Position numbers and translations under genes: made by a program. From Octopus vulgaris (lineage: Eukaryota): DNA of 64,000 nucleotides. Location: positions 78,182,001 through 78,246,000 of the forward strand of contig OX597826.1 of NCBI GenBank assembly GCA_951406725.2, given 5' to 3'. This document shows, piece by piece, positions 1 to 12,850 of this stretch (the stretch's first letter is position 1; each line of letters opens with the position of its first letter). The notes beneath the pieces were generated by a model. The model did not search any database, was not told the DNA's origin, and worked only from the letters and a program-made list of their open reading frames with translations.

Positions 1-230
1 TGAGTTTCGGATGATATTTATTAATGAAAGTTGCCTCTTTATCTATTCTTTTCTGTACTGAGGTGTTCTGTGAACATTGATAGAAAGGGAAAATTAGGAA
101 GTTTGGTTTAAGGTTCCTAGCACATCTTTCTATGTGTGCATTGACCTGTATCGGTCTGTATCGTGGGTAGCGGATTTGTTCTTTGTGTAGAGATGTTCTT
201 CGACGGAGTGACATTCCTGCTTGACCTATA
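1..230 (-). mobile_element. Penelope-like element GIY-YIG endonuclease C-terminal fragment, continues off the window edge
   Basis: Minus strand reads without a stop: IGQAGMSLRRRTSLHKEQIRYPRYRPIQVNAHIERCARNLKPNFLIFPFYQCSQNTSVQKRIDKEATFINKYHPKL. This fits the PLE GIY-YIG pattern (Y)IGQ..R..H...E..FI...P.LN. The 5' end is truncated in a (GT)n tract. Confidence 0.8.
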
Positions 231-644
231 CACACACACACACAAACATACACACGCATTTATATATATACATATACATACACACACGTAAATACACATA
301 TTAAGAGAGGGGGATAGACTCACACATATACACATACATATATAAATGGATATCAAATTTGATAAATAGACAGACAGACAAATTTGAAAGATAAGTAGAC
401 AGTCAGACAGACTAACAGGCAAGCAGACAGACAAAATGACGGGCAGTTAGTTTACTTTCATGTAGGCTGGGCATTTTTGTATCATTATCAGGGATTGGCA
501 GGGGATGGAGTGAATGTCATCATTTGTGGAACTGTAGACCAAAGCATAAAAAACATGAAAGGAAGAATTAGTAAGGAATGCAAAAAAATGCAAAGAAGAA
601 GAGAAGAAGGGAAGAAGAAGGAGGAGGAGGGGAGGGGAGGAGGA

Positions 645-678
<34 letters not shown>

Positions 679-1254
679 TTGATGATGATGATGATAATGA
701 TGAAGGGGCAACTAACGAGCTAACAATCGAAGGAAAACAAATGGAAAGAAGAAAAATGAAGGAATTCTTTTTTTATTAATGAAACGTCACGCACATTATT
801 AAATGAGAGTGAAAAATGTCTAGAATCATCTTAAAAGTTATGGCGTTAATAGAGTTAAGAAATGGTTAGAAGCAATTCCTTTGTGAAAATTTCCACTTTG
901 TCTTTCAAAGAGAAATAATGCAATGAAGTAGAAGTTAAATTACATTCATTAATTATAAATCTATCTGATTATATTTTGGATTAGTCTCGCCATGAAAGAG
1001 GTTCCTGAAGAGAAGCCGAGGTTACGAGAAAAATACAAGTTTAAGTGATGATACAGTTGTCTCGATATATATATGAAAGTTAGAGGGGAGTAAAGGGAGG
1101 TAATCAATTACGCTGTAGCTGATATATCATCGTTTCTGCGTAGATGAATATATTGGCGGCCTGTTAGGGTATTAGGAGAAGATGTAAAGTGGACGAAAAA
1201 AAAACGCTTTAATGTTTATACAGGCTGTAGACTGTCAAATTAAATTATATCCAT

Positions 1255-1300
1255 CATATATATACACATATATACATATATGTATATATATACATATATG

Positions 1301-1375
<75 letters not shown>

Positions 1376-1514
1376 ATATATATATACATATACATTTATA
1401 TATATGATATAATTTCATATATATATATATATGTATATACATGCATGTATGTATATGTAAATATATAAATCTACCTACCTACGTACATATATATATATAG
1501 TTATATACGTGTAT

Positions 1515-1561
<47 letters not shown>

Positions 1562-1789
1562 AGTAAACTTCTAAAGACAAAGATGTATGTACATACATAT
1601 ATAGATATATATATGGAAATATATATAAATATACATATATATATTTACAGACATATATTCACTCACACACACATATGTACATATATATATATATACATAC
1701 ATATATATTAATATGTGCGTGTGCGTGCATGTTTTAGTGTGTATATGTGCGTGTGAATATGTTTGCATATGTGTGTGTGTATCTGTACA

Positions 1790-1841
<52 letters not shown>

Positions 1842-1850
1842 CACACACAT
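1255..1850. repeat. Compound (TA)n/(CA)n/(TG)n microsatellite field
   Basis: Visible dinucleotide runs; source of the YIYI/HTHT ORFs. Confidence 0.95.
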
Positions 1851-2140
1851 CCACATACGCTCATATTTATATTTGCCTCACTAAACTTATATTTATATAC
1901 ACATAAACTCTGATATCGTATTTTATCTTCGCTATAAAGCAATCTCGGTTGGATAAAATATGTTTTAGAATGTTTATGTACAGAGAACGTAATTCAATTT
2001 CCAAATCCAAATACAGTATAACAGTATTTTCAGCTGGAATTACCAGAAGAGGTGGTTTCTTCAGACAGAGATAGAAACAGGAAAAGAAATTCTTGAAATA
2101 AAAACACTATCCGACAGAAAATGCTGCAGTTTTCATATAA

Positions 2141-2325
2141 ATATTGGTTTCAAATTTTGACACAGGGCCAGCACCTTCGTGGAGGAGTTAAGTCGATCAC
2201 CTCGACCCCAGTGTTCAATTGGTACTTATTTTATCGACCTCGAAAGAATGAAAGGCAAAGTCAAACCCGGTGGCATTTGATCTCAGAACGTGAAGACGGA
2301 CGCGTTAACGATTCTGCCGGGTAGC
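2141..2325 (-). mobile_element. tRNA-derived SINE family A, degenerate copy
   Basis: Reverse complement matches the core GCCTTTCATCCTTTCGGGGTCGATAAAATAAGTACCAG shared by many copies in the window. Confidence 0.75.
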
Positions 2326-2809
2326 CCCCCCCCCCACTTTTCCGTATAAATATTAAAGAAGATTCGTTTATTTGTGGTTGTGTGAATTCTTGTGCATGTG
2401 TATGAATGTTATGTAAGTATCCATTTGTCTGTGTGTGCGAACTTGTGTGCGTGTGTATGTACGATGTATGCTCTAAGATACGTGCGAAGGTTTCAGAAAT
2501 GTGCATAGATCCAAACCAGAACTAGGAAGAATGTCATAGAGAATATCATTCTCCGTAAACACCGGATCCCCTCATCACTGCTGCCGATATGCCGTGTCTA
2601 CTGTAGACTTTCTCAATTAATCATTCGGTGCTTAGACTCATTTTTGAAAGAACGTGGACTTAGGTGACATCTATCGGGTTCCAAAACGAAGCAATCCTCA
2701 TGTATTTATATGTCTTCTATCTTTTATATTTTGTCTTTTACTTGATGGATATAGATTAACCTACACAAGAGTATAGATTAATCTATACCCTTCACACTTT
2801 CCCTATTTA

Positions 2810-2863
2810 TCTCTGATGACGGAATATCCCCTACTCTGGGATATCCCAGAAAGAGCTGTCAGA
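2810..2863 (+). ncRNA. Type I hammerhead ribozyme-like motif in a probable PLE terminus
   Basis: TCT-CTGATGA (2813)-C-GGAATATCCC/ctactct/GGGATATCC-CA-GAAA (2849)-GAGCTGTC-AGA: canonical core, long stem II, near-palindromic stem III, GUC triplet and 3-bp stem I. Confidence 0.55.
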
Positions 2864-3126
2864 CTTTAAATTTTTCCAACGTATATGACTTGAGATGTTT
2901 ATCTTGCCTTAACGTTTGTTGTCCTCTTTAACAATTATACATCCCGCTATATCGGAAATCTACTATTGTTCCACACCTCCCGTCTCGGCTCTGATCTTGG
3001 AGCACTGGTAATCCCTTACAGCACTTACTCAGCACTTACCTAATCGTTTAGATCAGCTCTGGACTAAACACCTATATTTTGCATGTATATACATATACAT
3101 ATATATATGTATGTGTGTATATGTGC

Positions 3127-3185
<59 letters not shown>

Positions 3186-3315
3186 GGTATAAGTTACAGG
3201 TGTTTATAGCCTCTAAGAGATAGATATATCCAAAAGGCACTCCAGGTAATTACCTCAATAGGTATAGTCCTTGGTAGCAGGTATACGGCAGCAGGTAATT
3301 TAATAGGGGTAAACC

Positions 3316-3733
<418 letters not shown>

Positions 3734-4191
3734 GAACTGTCCACTCAGTCAATTTATTTTATAAGACAGTCACAGTTGGAGGATGAGCATCTGTAACCTT
3801 GGAAGGCGCTCTCTGACTCGGTAGATTAATGCGGTTGAATATCTGAGGCATAAGATGCTGCTATTTTTATCGAGAAGCGCTCAAGATTGGTAATAATTTA
3901 AAATATCATTATACTGACACAGTTATATTCTTAGCGGAGATCGCTTTGAATCTAACTTCCTTGTACGATCAACGTTCAACAGAGAGGACCTCTCTTTTCT
4001 GTATTGTTTACAACAGATTAAGCCTTAATTAAATTATAAGTCTAATTACAAATTATTTAATTATTCCCATTCTTCTTCATAAGACCTTCTCGAGTGTAAT
4101 TTCACTCTACGAGCAGCTTGCATTTAACTTCGACGTACAATCATATTTAGATTGAGAGGGAAAGAGAGAGGTGTGTGTATATATATTATAT

Positions 4192-4651
4192 AGTGGACTC
4201 TCCTGTCGGTTTCGACGAATGAGGATCCGACAACCTACAATATTTATATCAATCGTAATGCTTATGTCGAGTGTGACATTTGAGTCCCGCCAACGATTTG
4301 CAGAGAAGCCCGCAGATGTTGCAAATTTCAGGATTATGGATCAGTGCAACCTATATATTTGCAGTGGCTTTTCTGCTTTTCCTACCGACCTTTATCCTTT
4401 TAATGATGGTTGAAACAAATTCCCTCATGCCATTCTGACACGACACTCTCCATATTGTCCGCTCGATGGCTGTTTGCTCAAAGGTGTTGTGAACCATATT
4501 GACTGCTGACAGTTTACTCTTTAGTTTGTCCTTATATCTGGACCATGGTCGACCACAATCCCTGTGCCCGCTATCAAACTGGCTCTACATGACGACTTTG
4601 AGTATTCTTTCGTCATTCATTCTGATGACACGGTCACTCATTCTGATGACA
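4192..4651 (-). mobile_element. RTE (BovB-like) LINE 3' fragment, degenerate
   Basis: Minus strand translates VIRMNDERILKVVM*SQFDSGHRDCGRPWSRYKDKLK...FEQTAIERTIWR...CNICGLLCKSLAGLKCHTR, matching the RTE ORF C-terminus (GRP..RYKD.LK plus C2H2-like finger), followed by a short 3' tail. Confidence 0.8.
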
Positions 4652-5290
4652 TTTATATGCGTGTATAGATGTATATACATACATGTGTGTATATATATAT
4701 ATGTATATATATGTGTGTGTACACACATATATATATATACATATATATATGTATATACACGTACACACACACATATACATATATATATATATACACACAC
4801 ACTGCCGTTATATGCGTCCGTTTACCTCCATATCGCCCCTAGAAATGCTTCAATATGTCATTTTATACACATTTATGGCATCGTTATTTGTGTTTTGAAA
4901 CTTAGTTTTCGGGGAATTTCTTTTACATTTCTCCTCCTTTTAATATTTGGGGCCAATGAATCTGATTCTCTGTGGCACAGATAATATTTGTTGACGTTCG
5001 AAAGTTCCTCAAGTATTTTTCTTGTCTCGTTCTATAAACAATATATGATAATATGCTGCGTCCAATATTTTCTTAAGACTGAAATTCTATTAAGCTTGAA
5101 TCTTGTGTATTTTCATTAAGGACTGATGAATACTTTCCGTGTATGTATCTCACTTCAGAATAATTTGTGTTTGTATATTATTCTTTTAGAGTTAGAGCAA
5201 CGTTCAATTGCTCTATTGTATTATTTAAAGATATTTACCAACAGGTATTTATAGACATACATTGACAGACACGCATTACTGACAGACATA

Positions 5291-6236
5291 AGGCAACAAG
5301 CTGACAGAATCGTTACCGCGCTGGACGAAACGCTTTGCGGTATTTCGCCCGTCGCTACCTTCTGAGCTCAAATTCCAGCGAGGTTAACTTTGCTTTTCAT
5401 CCTTCCGTGGTCGATAAATAAAGAATCAGTGAAACAGTTGTGTTGATGAAATTGACTAAATCACTCACCTCCCCGCAAATTTCAGGTCTTGTGTCTATAA
5501 TATAAAGGATTACTCACAGATATTCACGTGAATATACTGACATTATTTATTGACAGACATTTAAGGGCAAATATTGGTTTCAACTTTTGGCACAAGGCTA
5601 GAAATTACAGGGGAAGAAGTATGTTGATTATGTTGACCACATGGTTCAAATGGCATTTATTTTATCGACCCCCCAAAAGGCTAAAAAGTAAAGTCGACCT
5701 TGGCGGAATTTTAACTTAGAACGTAAAGACAGACGTCATGTTGTTAAGCATTTTGCATGACGCGAAAACGGTTCTAGCAGCTCGCCGGTTTAGGAAATAC
5801 AAACGAAATGCTGCTAAGCACTTTGTCCGACGCGCTAACGATCCTGCCAGCTTGCCACCTTTATTTAGTAACAGATTTTCAAATTTTGGCACAAGGCCAG
5901 CAATTTCGGCTGACAAGCTAAGTCCGTTACATCGACCCCAGTACTCAACAGGTCCGAGCTGGCAGAGTTGTTAGCACGTCGGACGAAATGCTTTACAGTA
6001 TTTCGCCTGCCGTTACGTTGTGAGTTCAAATTCCGCCGAGGTCGACTTTGCCTTTCATCCTTTCGGGGTCGATAAATTAAGTACCAGTTACGCACTGGGG
6101 TCGATGTAATAGACTTAATACCTATGTCTGTCCGTGTTTGTCCCCTCTATGTTTAGCCCCTTGTGGGTAATAAAGAAATAGGTATTTATTTTATCGACTC
6201 CGTTAGTATGAAAAGCTAAGTCGAACTTGGCGGAAT
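5291..6236. mobile_element. Cluster of family A SINE copies in both orientations
   Basis: Approximate copies: + 5291-5511, - 5570-5860, - 5872-5950, + 5954-6180, - 6181-6236. A-box-like TGGCAGAGTTG, B-box GAGTTCAAATT and the shared core are present. Confidence 0.85.
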
Positions 6237-6555
6237 TATTACACGTATTTCTTGCCAGTCGTCTTAGTGACAATTGATAAACATTTACTTACAATATACA
6301 AGCTGGGCAACTGTTGTTTGGTCCATCGTTCTTATTAAGCTGCATCAGCCATTTCAGGTTTATTCTCTCGGAAGGCATTCGATCGCCTTGTTATGTAATG
6401 ACAGAGTTTCATTAGACAACAGCACAATGGAACCGTTTGTTCGTAACTCGCTCGCCTTTTTGGAACTGCCATTCACATGAAATATGGCATTGGCAAGGCA
6501 AGGCTGATGGTGGTGGTTCTCAGTAGCCAGCTTTAATGTAAAATCACTTACACGT

Positions 6556-7007
6556 AGGCGCAGGCGTGGCTGTGTGGTAAGAAATTTGCTTCCCAGCCAC
6601 ATGGTTCTGGGTTCAGTCCCATTGCGAGGCACTTTGGGCAAATGCCTTCTAATATAACCTCGGATCGACCAAAATCTTGCGAGTGGATTTGGTAGACGGA
6701 AACTGAAAGAAGCCCGTCGTATATACGTGTGTGTGTGTGCGTGTGTGTGCATGTGTGTATGTGTGCGTGTGTGCGTGTGTGTGTGTGTGTGCGTCGTTTT
6801 TTTTGTTTGTTTCTCACCACAACTTGATAACCTGTGTTAGTGTATTTGTGTCCCCGAAACTTAGTGGTTCGACAAACCAGACCGATAGAATAAGTGCAAG
6901 AGTTAACAAAATAAAATGAGTACTGTAGTCGATTCGTTGAACTAAAATTTTTCGAGGTGGTGCCCCAGCACGGGCGCAGTCTAATGACTGAAACAAGATA
7001 ATAAAAG
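6556..7007 (+). mobile_element. tRNA-derived CORE-like SINE family B, with internal (GT)n
   Basis: Head AGGCGCAGGCGTGGCTGTGTGGTAAG, B box GGTTCAGTCCC, CORE-like CTTTGGGCAAATG, tail CCAGCACGGGCGCAGTCTAATGACTGAAACAAG. Homologous to five other long copies here. Confidence 0.85.
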
Positions 7008-7248
7008 TATTCTTTGCTATGTTTTTATTTCCCATCAGAGGTTTCTTTTTATTTCTTTTTTGATTACCTTTCTACCTTTTATATGTTGAATTTATTGCGA
7101 TTGTAATTGTTGTTGTTGTTGTTGTTGTTGACGACGACGACGGCGACTTTGAGTGTGTTGTTTCGTGCAATGTCAATCCTGATGAAGCAGATCGATAAAT
7201 ATCGTCGTTTCAACTGTAACCAGCCCGTTTATATCTAGCGCTGTATGA

Positions 7249-8212
7249 GGCGGCGAGCTGGCAGAAAGCGTTAGCACGCCGGGCGAAATGCTTTGCGGTA
7301 TTCCGTCTGCCGTTACGTTCTGAGTTCAAATTCCACCGAGGTCGACTATGACTTTCATCCTTTCGGGGTCAATTAATTAAGTACCAGTTACGCACTGAGG
7401 TCGATGTAATCGACTTAATGTTTGTTTGTCCTTCTTTGTCCTCTCTGTGTTTAGCCTCTTGTGGGTAGTAAAGAAATAGGTATTCCGTCTGCCGTTACGT
7501 TCTGAGTTCAAATTCCGCCGAGGTCGACTATGACTTTCATCCTTTCGGGGTCGATAAATTAAGTACCAGTTACGCACTGAGGTCGATGTAATCGACTTAA
7601 TCCGTTTGTCCGTCCTTCTTTGTCCTCTCTGTGTTTATCCCCTTGTGGGTAATAAAGAAATCGGTATTTCGTCTGCCGCTACCTTCTAAGTTCAAATTCC
7701 GCCGAGGTCGACTATGACTTTCATCCTTTCGTGGTCAATAAATTAAGTACCAGTTACGCACTGAGGTCGATGTAATCGACTTAATGTTTGTTTGTCCTTC
7801 TTTGTCCTCTCTGTGTTTAGCCTCTTGTGGGTAGTAAAGGAATAGGTATTTCGTCTGCTGCTACGTTCTGAGTTCAAATTCCGCCGAGGTCGACTTTGCC
7901 TTTCATCCTTTCGGGGTCGATTCAATAAGTACCAGTTAGCGTACTGAGGTCGATATAATCGACTTAATCCGTTTGTCTGTCCTTGTTTGTCCTCTCTGTG
8001 TTTAGCCCCTTGTGGATAGTAAAGAAATAAGTATTTCGTCTGCCGCTACGTTCTGAGTTCAAATTCCGCCGAGGCCGACTTTACATTTCATCCTTTCGGA
8101 GTCGATTAAATAAGTACTAATTACACACTATGTCGATATAATCGACTTAATCCCTTTGTCTTTCCTTGTTTGTCCCATCTACGTTTAGCCCCTTGTGGGC
8201 CATAAAGAAATA
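7249..8212 (+). mobile_element. Tandem array of five family A SINE bodies (about 183-bp period) behind one head
   Basis: Units start at about 7297, 7479, 7663, 7845 and 8030. Flanking 17-bp direct repeat TATATCTAGC(G/T)CTGTAT at 7230-7246 and 8213-8229. Confidence 0.92.
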
Positions 8213-10107
8213 TATATCTAGCTCTGTATTTTCTTACCTTCTCTTTAAACGAGAAGGTGTGACTTAGCTTCTCTTTCTTGCGAATCGAACACGTGTGTAA
8301 ATGTTCACTCGTTGCACCACACATATAAATTGTTTGGTGCCGAAAAAATAGATTTATCTTTGTGCGTGTGTGTTCGTGTGTGTGTGTGTGTGGAGCTATT
8401 TTTAATTCCTTGTAGTCACATGATTTGTAAATAAAAAGTAATTCTAAGAATTAGAAACTCAGTATTCAGAAATTTTACACAGATTTTCGAACAGGATTGT
8501 CATTCTGCTGATTTGTTAATTATTTTTATTCTTGCATCCTCAGCTCTGTTAGAAAATTCTTGTTCCAGCGTTTAATGTTTATATGATAGAGCAAAGCAAA
8601 TTATTGGCGAATAAATTTTAGGGGATGTAGTGTTTATTTTGTAAATAACATGTTGTTAACTAGTTGTTAAATATTTTAGAAACATTTCGTGAGAGCTCAG
8701 AAGTTATTTTAAACAAAAATTTTGGATGCTTGTTGACTTCCAGTTGTTTTATAATTTGAGAAAATTTTCAATTTTTCATTCGACATTTTCCACCTGGCTT
8801 GCTTTAATTTTATTCCCTCATATCTTTCTTTATCCGTTTTGATTCTCAATTATGCTTCATTTCATTTCATTTTCTCGAGTGTTTTCTTTTTTTTTTCCTA
8901 AGAAATCTTATTGCTATTTTTGCAGTTTGGGTTTTGTCTAGTAAAAAGTGTTTTATAGGTTTTCTTGTAGGAAATTCAACATCGAGGCTTTCACTATATA
9001 TATATATATATATTGTAACTTTAAAGTTGTGCGTGTCTAATTTAACACTAAAGTGAAATCCTTTTTTCTCCTTTATTTAACATCCTCCACTGTATTATCT
9101 TGTAACACTGAAATTTCAAACTCTGAAATCTATTAAATTAACACTTATGGATTTTCATTACGTTTGCTCCTTGCTTATTTCACAGCCTTTAGGAATGCGA
9201 AACGTAATTCTATAAACTTCAGAGCATCTAAATATAGCGAACGTAATACAATATATTTTAAAATGTTCTCTTTGATTGGTTATCGTCCTATCCAGTAAAA
9301 TATTTTTTCTGAAATTCGAATAAAGACAACGATGCAGAAACCATTGCCTTGTCCTTATAAATATATTTTCTGGTAGAAACTATATTTTATTTCCGCCATA
9401 CTTTGCTGGGATCGTAGACAAAGTCTATTTTTATATCAGATCACTGCAACGGGTCAGAATTTATACTTCAGTGGCCATTGTGTTTGACAATTGATTTATG
9501 ATTACAATATTGATTTGATTTTACTCAGCACAAAACTCCATTATGATAGAAGAATGGACATTAGTCTATGAGAAAAGCCTCAGATTAGGCTATCAGTCTA
9601 TCAGAATGGACATTAGTCTATGAGGAAAGCTTCTGATGACCGAGTCGAGAACTGATGTAGAATTATCAGCCGAAATGTTTGCTGGTTCATACCACGAGAG
9701 CGACATCATGTAATAATTTTGAAAGTTAAAGCTCGTTGACCTAGTTTATCTTGTAGTATGTAGGATCTGCAAAGGTTGGTGGGTCTTGTACAACCGTTTC
9801 AAGATGAACATTAGAAAAATATAAGCAATAATTAGCTTTATTAAATCGTCAGTTTCGATATTCTCGGAGCGGTTTTCCTTTAGAGAGAATCAATAAGTTT
9901 CGTTATGGACTTTTAACACGCTCTCAGAAGTATAGTAGATTCTTATCAACGTGTACCGTTCATGATAGATAGAACGGAGAAGAGAAGGAGGAGCAGAAAG
10001 AGGAGGAAGAAGAGAGACTAAGATAAAGGAGGAGGAAAACAACAACAGCAAATCTGACAAATTACTTCGTCGTTGTTTGTTTAAAGAGCTGTATGATGAT
10101 GATGATG

Positions 10108-10142
<35 letters not shown>

Positions 10143-10699
10143 TATCATCATCATCTTTACTAATTGCTTCCCTCGAATCGGAGGATGGTGAGAGTCGGTA
10201 GAACACCGGACAAAGGGTAGGATTTAATCACATCCCTTTAGATTCCCGGTTCAATTCTCAACAAAGCTCGATGTTTGCTTCCGTTCGTTCGCAACAGATA
10301 AAGCAAGTATCAGTCGTATTCGATCTCCTTACTGTCGGACAAAATGCCTCGCAAGCAGCAACAGCCTCAGCAGTAAAAACACACACAAAAAACAGCCTCA
10401 TCAGAAATAACAACATCAGCAACAGGACCAACAGCAAGATCAGCAGCGACGACAGCGACTGCAGCGACTGCAGCGACAGCAGCGACAGCAGAAGCACCAC
10501 AGCGACAAAATCAACGGAAACAACAACAAAAGCAGTAAAGGAGCAGCAGGAAGAATAAGAACGACGACAAATTAAGTGGTAGGGGTCACTCAACTGGTAT
10601 GACAAATGGTGGCAGAGAAGTAGACACATTATACTCGGTCTCTGAACGGCAAGGGGGAACAACTGACACAAGTGACATTACTTGTGAAGTGAATGGGCA

Positions 10700-11105
10700 G
10701 TGAACCCCAGCCGAAGTGTTGGCGGCAACTACTCGTAGGCCGGTGCTGCATCATTGTACGAAGCTCTCTCACTGTAGTAATCCTTAGTTCCCATTCATGA
10801 CAGAGAACTTAACCTTTACGCAGCATATTCAGAAAAAAGGAAGTGTCGCATTAAGATTTTTAAAATTCCACCTTCGCTGGACATCTGATGGCTGTTGGCC
10901 TGTGTTGTCTTAGAGAGCAGTGACACAGTTCTCGGAATAAAACGAGCAGAAAAGGTGTCTCCCTTTTGGACTACAATGGAGATGTTGAAAGGAATCCAGA
11001 CCTTATCTACTGAGACAATGAAGTAGAGTGAAAACTATGGGCAGAAATCCAAAATGACACTTGCCTGGTGCTGAAAGCCACTTGAGAGGCTTGTGTCCTC
11101 GAAAG
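10700..11105 (+). mobile_element. Possible degraded LINE ORF1 remnant upstream of the RT fragment
   Basis: GC-richer unique sequence ending in a zinc-knuckle-like remnant (GAESHLRGLCP near 11067-11100), collinear with the downstream RT. Frames are broken. Confidence 0.3.
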
Positions 11106-11559
11106 CATTAAATAAAAACCAATTCAAGAGAAGAGGCTACCATTACTGTCGATACCACAGCCCCATCAACAACAGCAGAGAATAAGACCAGCAGCAACGA
11201 TGAAGAGAAGAACAACAACGGCAGCAGCAGTAGTAGCAGCCTTAGTATCACCAACAGCTGCTTGTGACGGAAATAAAGGCCGCAGCACTAACACCAGCAG
11301 CAAGAGCAAAACCATCAGCAACGACACTAACTGCAAGAAAATCAAAACTTACGATCCAAACGTTAGCAAGCTAACCTCTCCCTTACTCTTCCTTCCCTAT
11401 CTTACCCTCCCTCTCTCCTCTTTCAAACACAAATGCACATATGGACATCTTGCAAGATTTTCACGTCGAGAAAAAAACAAGAAATAATGATAAAAAAAAG
11501 CACAATAACATTTAACAAAACTCTATACTCAACATTACCAAAACCAGATCTACACTTAC

Positions 11560-12330
11560 ACGGTCAAATCCATAACACGAAAACAGTTCAACTGGCCCGG
11601 GAGACAGAGGCGCAATGTGGCAACAAGACCACCATTAGTTTTTTTTTATGTATAGGGAACCTAGTGAGCTGGTCGATTCTAAGTAGAGGTGTGCGGTTTT
11701 TCTGTAACGATTTAGTCAACACTTGGGAGTGGAGGTGAGAAACGGAGGATGGGCTTAGCTGGCCAACCCGTCGGCTGGCTGCGGTTCTCAGATAGAGAAA
11801 TGGAGTTCTGCGAAGGCCAATGATAGCTGATGAAATGCGGGAAGCGATGAGTCCTTATTCAACGGAGAAGTCACCGGTGCTGAATGGTCTGCCTTACAAG
11901 CTTTAGCCTAATATACCAGACTGGTTTGAGGGATTCTTGGCAAATGTCGACTGCAAATGAGAGCAACGAGAGAATTCTCATTCTTGCGAAAAGATATGTG
12001 ATGATGCTGTTGAGAAAGGGTTGATTTTAACAACTTGAAGCTCGTAGCTTTGTTTAATACAGAGCTGAAGATTTTGACGATATTACCGAAGAAGTTGGCA
12101 CTTGTCATCGATACTCTGGCAGATTAGGCACACACATGCTGCATCCTCAATAAATCTATGCATAACAAACTTCCCCTTATACTACACACCAAAGAAACGG
12201 TAGGTAAAGTACCTACTGTGAATGGAGCCATGATCAATAAAGATCCTTCGAAAGCTTTCGATAGGGTCGATCATCAATTCCTGGCAACTGTTTGTCCTCA
12301 AGGCGACTCGTTTCAGGCCTGTTTTTTAAA
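11560..12330 (+). mobile_element. Tx1/L1-clade LINE ORF2 (RT N-terminal part) pseudogene fragment
   Basis: Broken frames give DEMREAMSPYSTEKSPVLNGLPYKL (KSPG.DG motif), VALFNTELKILTILPKKL (RT domain 1) and GAMINKDPSKAFDRVDHQFL (D..KAFDRV.H). Confidence 0.85.
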
Positions 12331-12344
12331 ATGTACAGAGAAAG

Positions 12345-12545
12345 TTGCTCGATGGTTAGAGCAAAAGGCCACCAGAGTCAATCAGCTAAGGGCTCTTGGT
12401 TTAAAACTTGGCATCTTGGTTTCTACTGCCAGAGCGAAGGTGTGCTATGTTCTTGAGCGAACCACTTCATTTCCTGTTGCTTCAGTCCACTCAGCTGAAA
12501 ATGGGTCACCCTACCACGGACTGGTGTTCCGTTCAGCGGCCAGTA
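12345..12545 (+). mobile_element. Old tRNA-derived SINE with CORE/V-like domains
   Basis: A-box-like GCTCGATGGTTAGA, then TTCTTGAGCGAACCACTT...CAGTCCACTCAGCTGAAAATGGGT and a CCCTACCACGGACTGG V-domain-like segment. Confidence 0.5.
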
Positions 12546-12850
12546 TTAGCCGACCCGCTTAGCCTGCGGTGTAGCCTTATTCGAAAGCTACATCAGTCCG
12601 AGGAAGCGCATTATAACCAGCGGTGTATACCAACATCCTATAGTCTGGTCAATACAATGATTATCCCTTTTCTTATAACAATAGGTTGTTTGAGGAATAT
12701 TTGGTTGCTATTTCTAGTTGGTTGAGCGACTAGATTACATACACCATCAGTGGATCAGATGTGTCTTAGTTTTAGTTCGTTGGACTTTATTTTACTTTGC
12801 CTTTATTTTTTGTTGCAAATATGTTTTTTTACATTCACACACAGTAACAA

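Noticed and set aside
477-779. 100 aa acidic/basic ORF
   Set aside because: Built from GAA/GAG/GAT repeats with no recognisable domain.
4617-4651. Two CTGATGA motifs
   Set aside because: Short duplication at the RTE 5' truncation point, antisense to VIRM codons, with no GAAA or stems.
6556-6630. tRNA-like A and B boxes
   Set aside because: SINE heads with no complete cloverleaf, continuing into SINE body sequence.
7249-8212. Regularly spaced repeats resembling a CRISPR array
   Set aside because: Whole 183-bp units repeat with no unique spacers, they match a dispersed SINE, and there are no cas genes.
9551-9685. 28-bp direct repeat followed by CTGATGA...TATCAGCCGAAATGTT
   Set aside because: Resembles the 24863 family only at the 3' side and the stems cannot be closed; too decayed to call.
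10093-10124. Perfect (ATG)n/(CAT)n palindrome
   Set aside because: Simple strand switch of a microsatellite, common in this kind of DNA.
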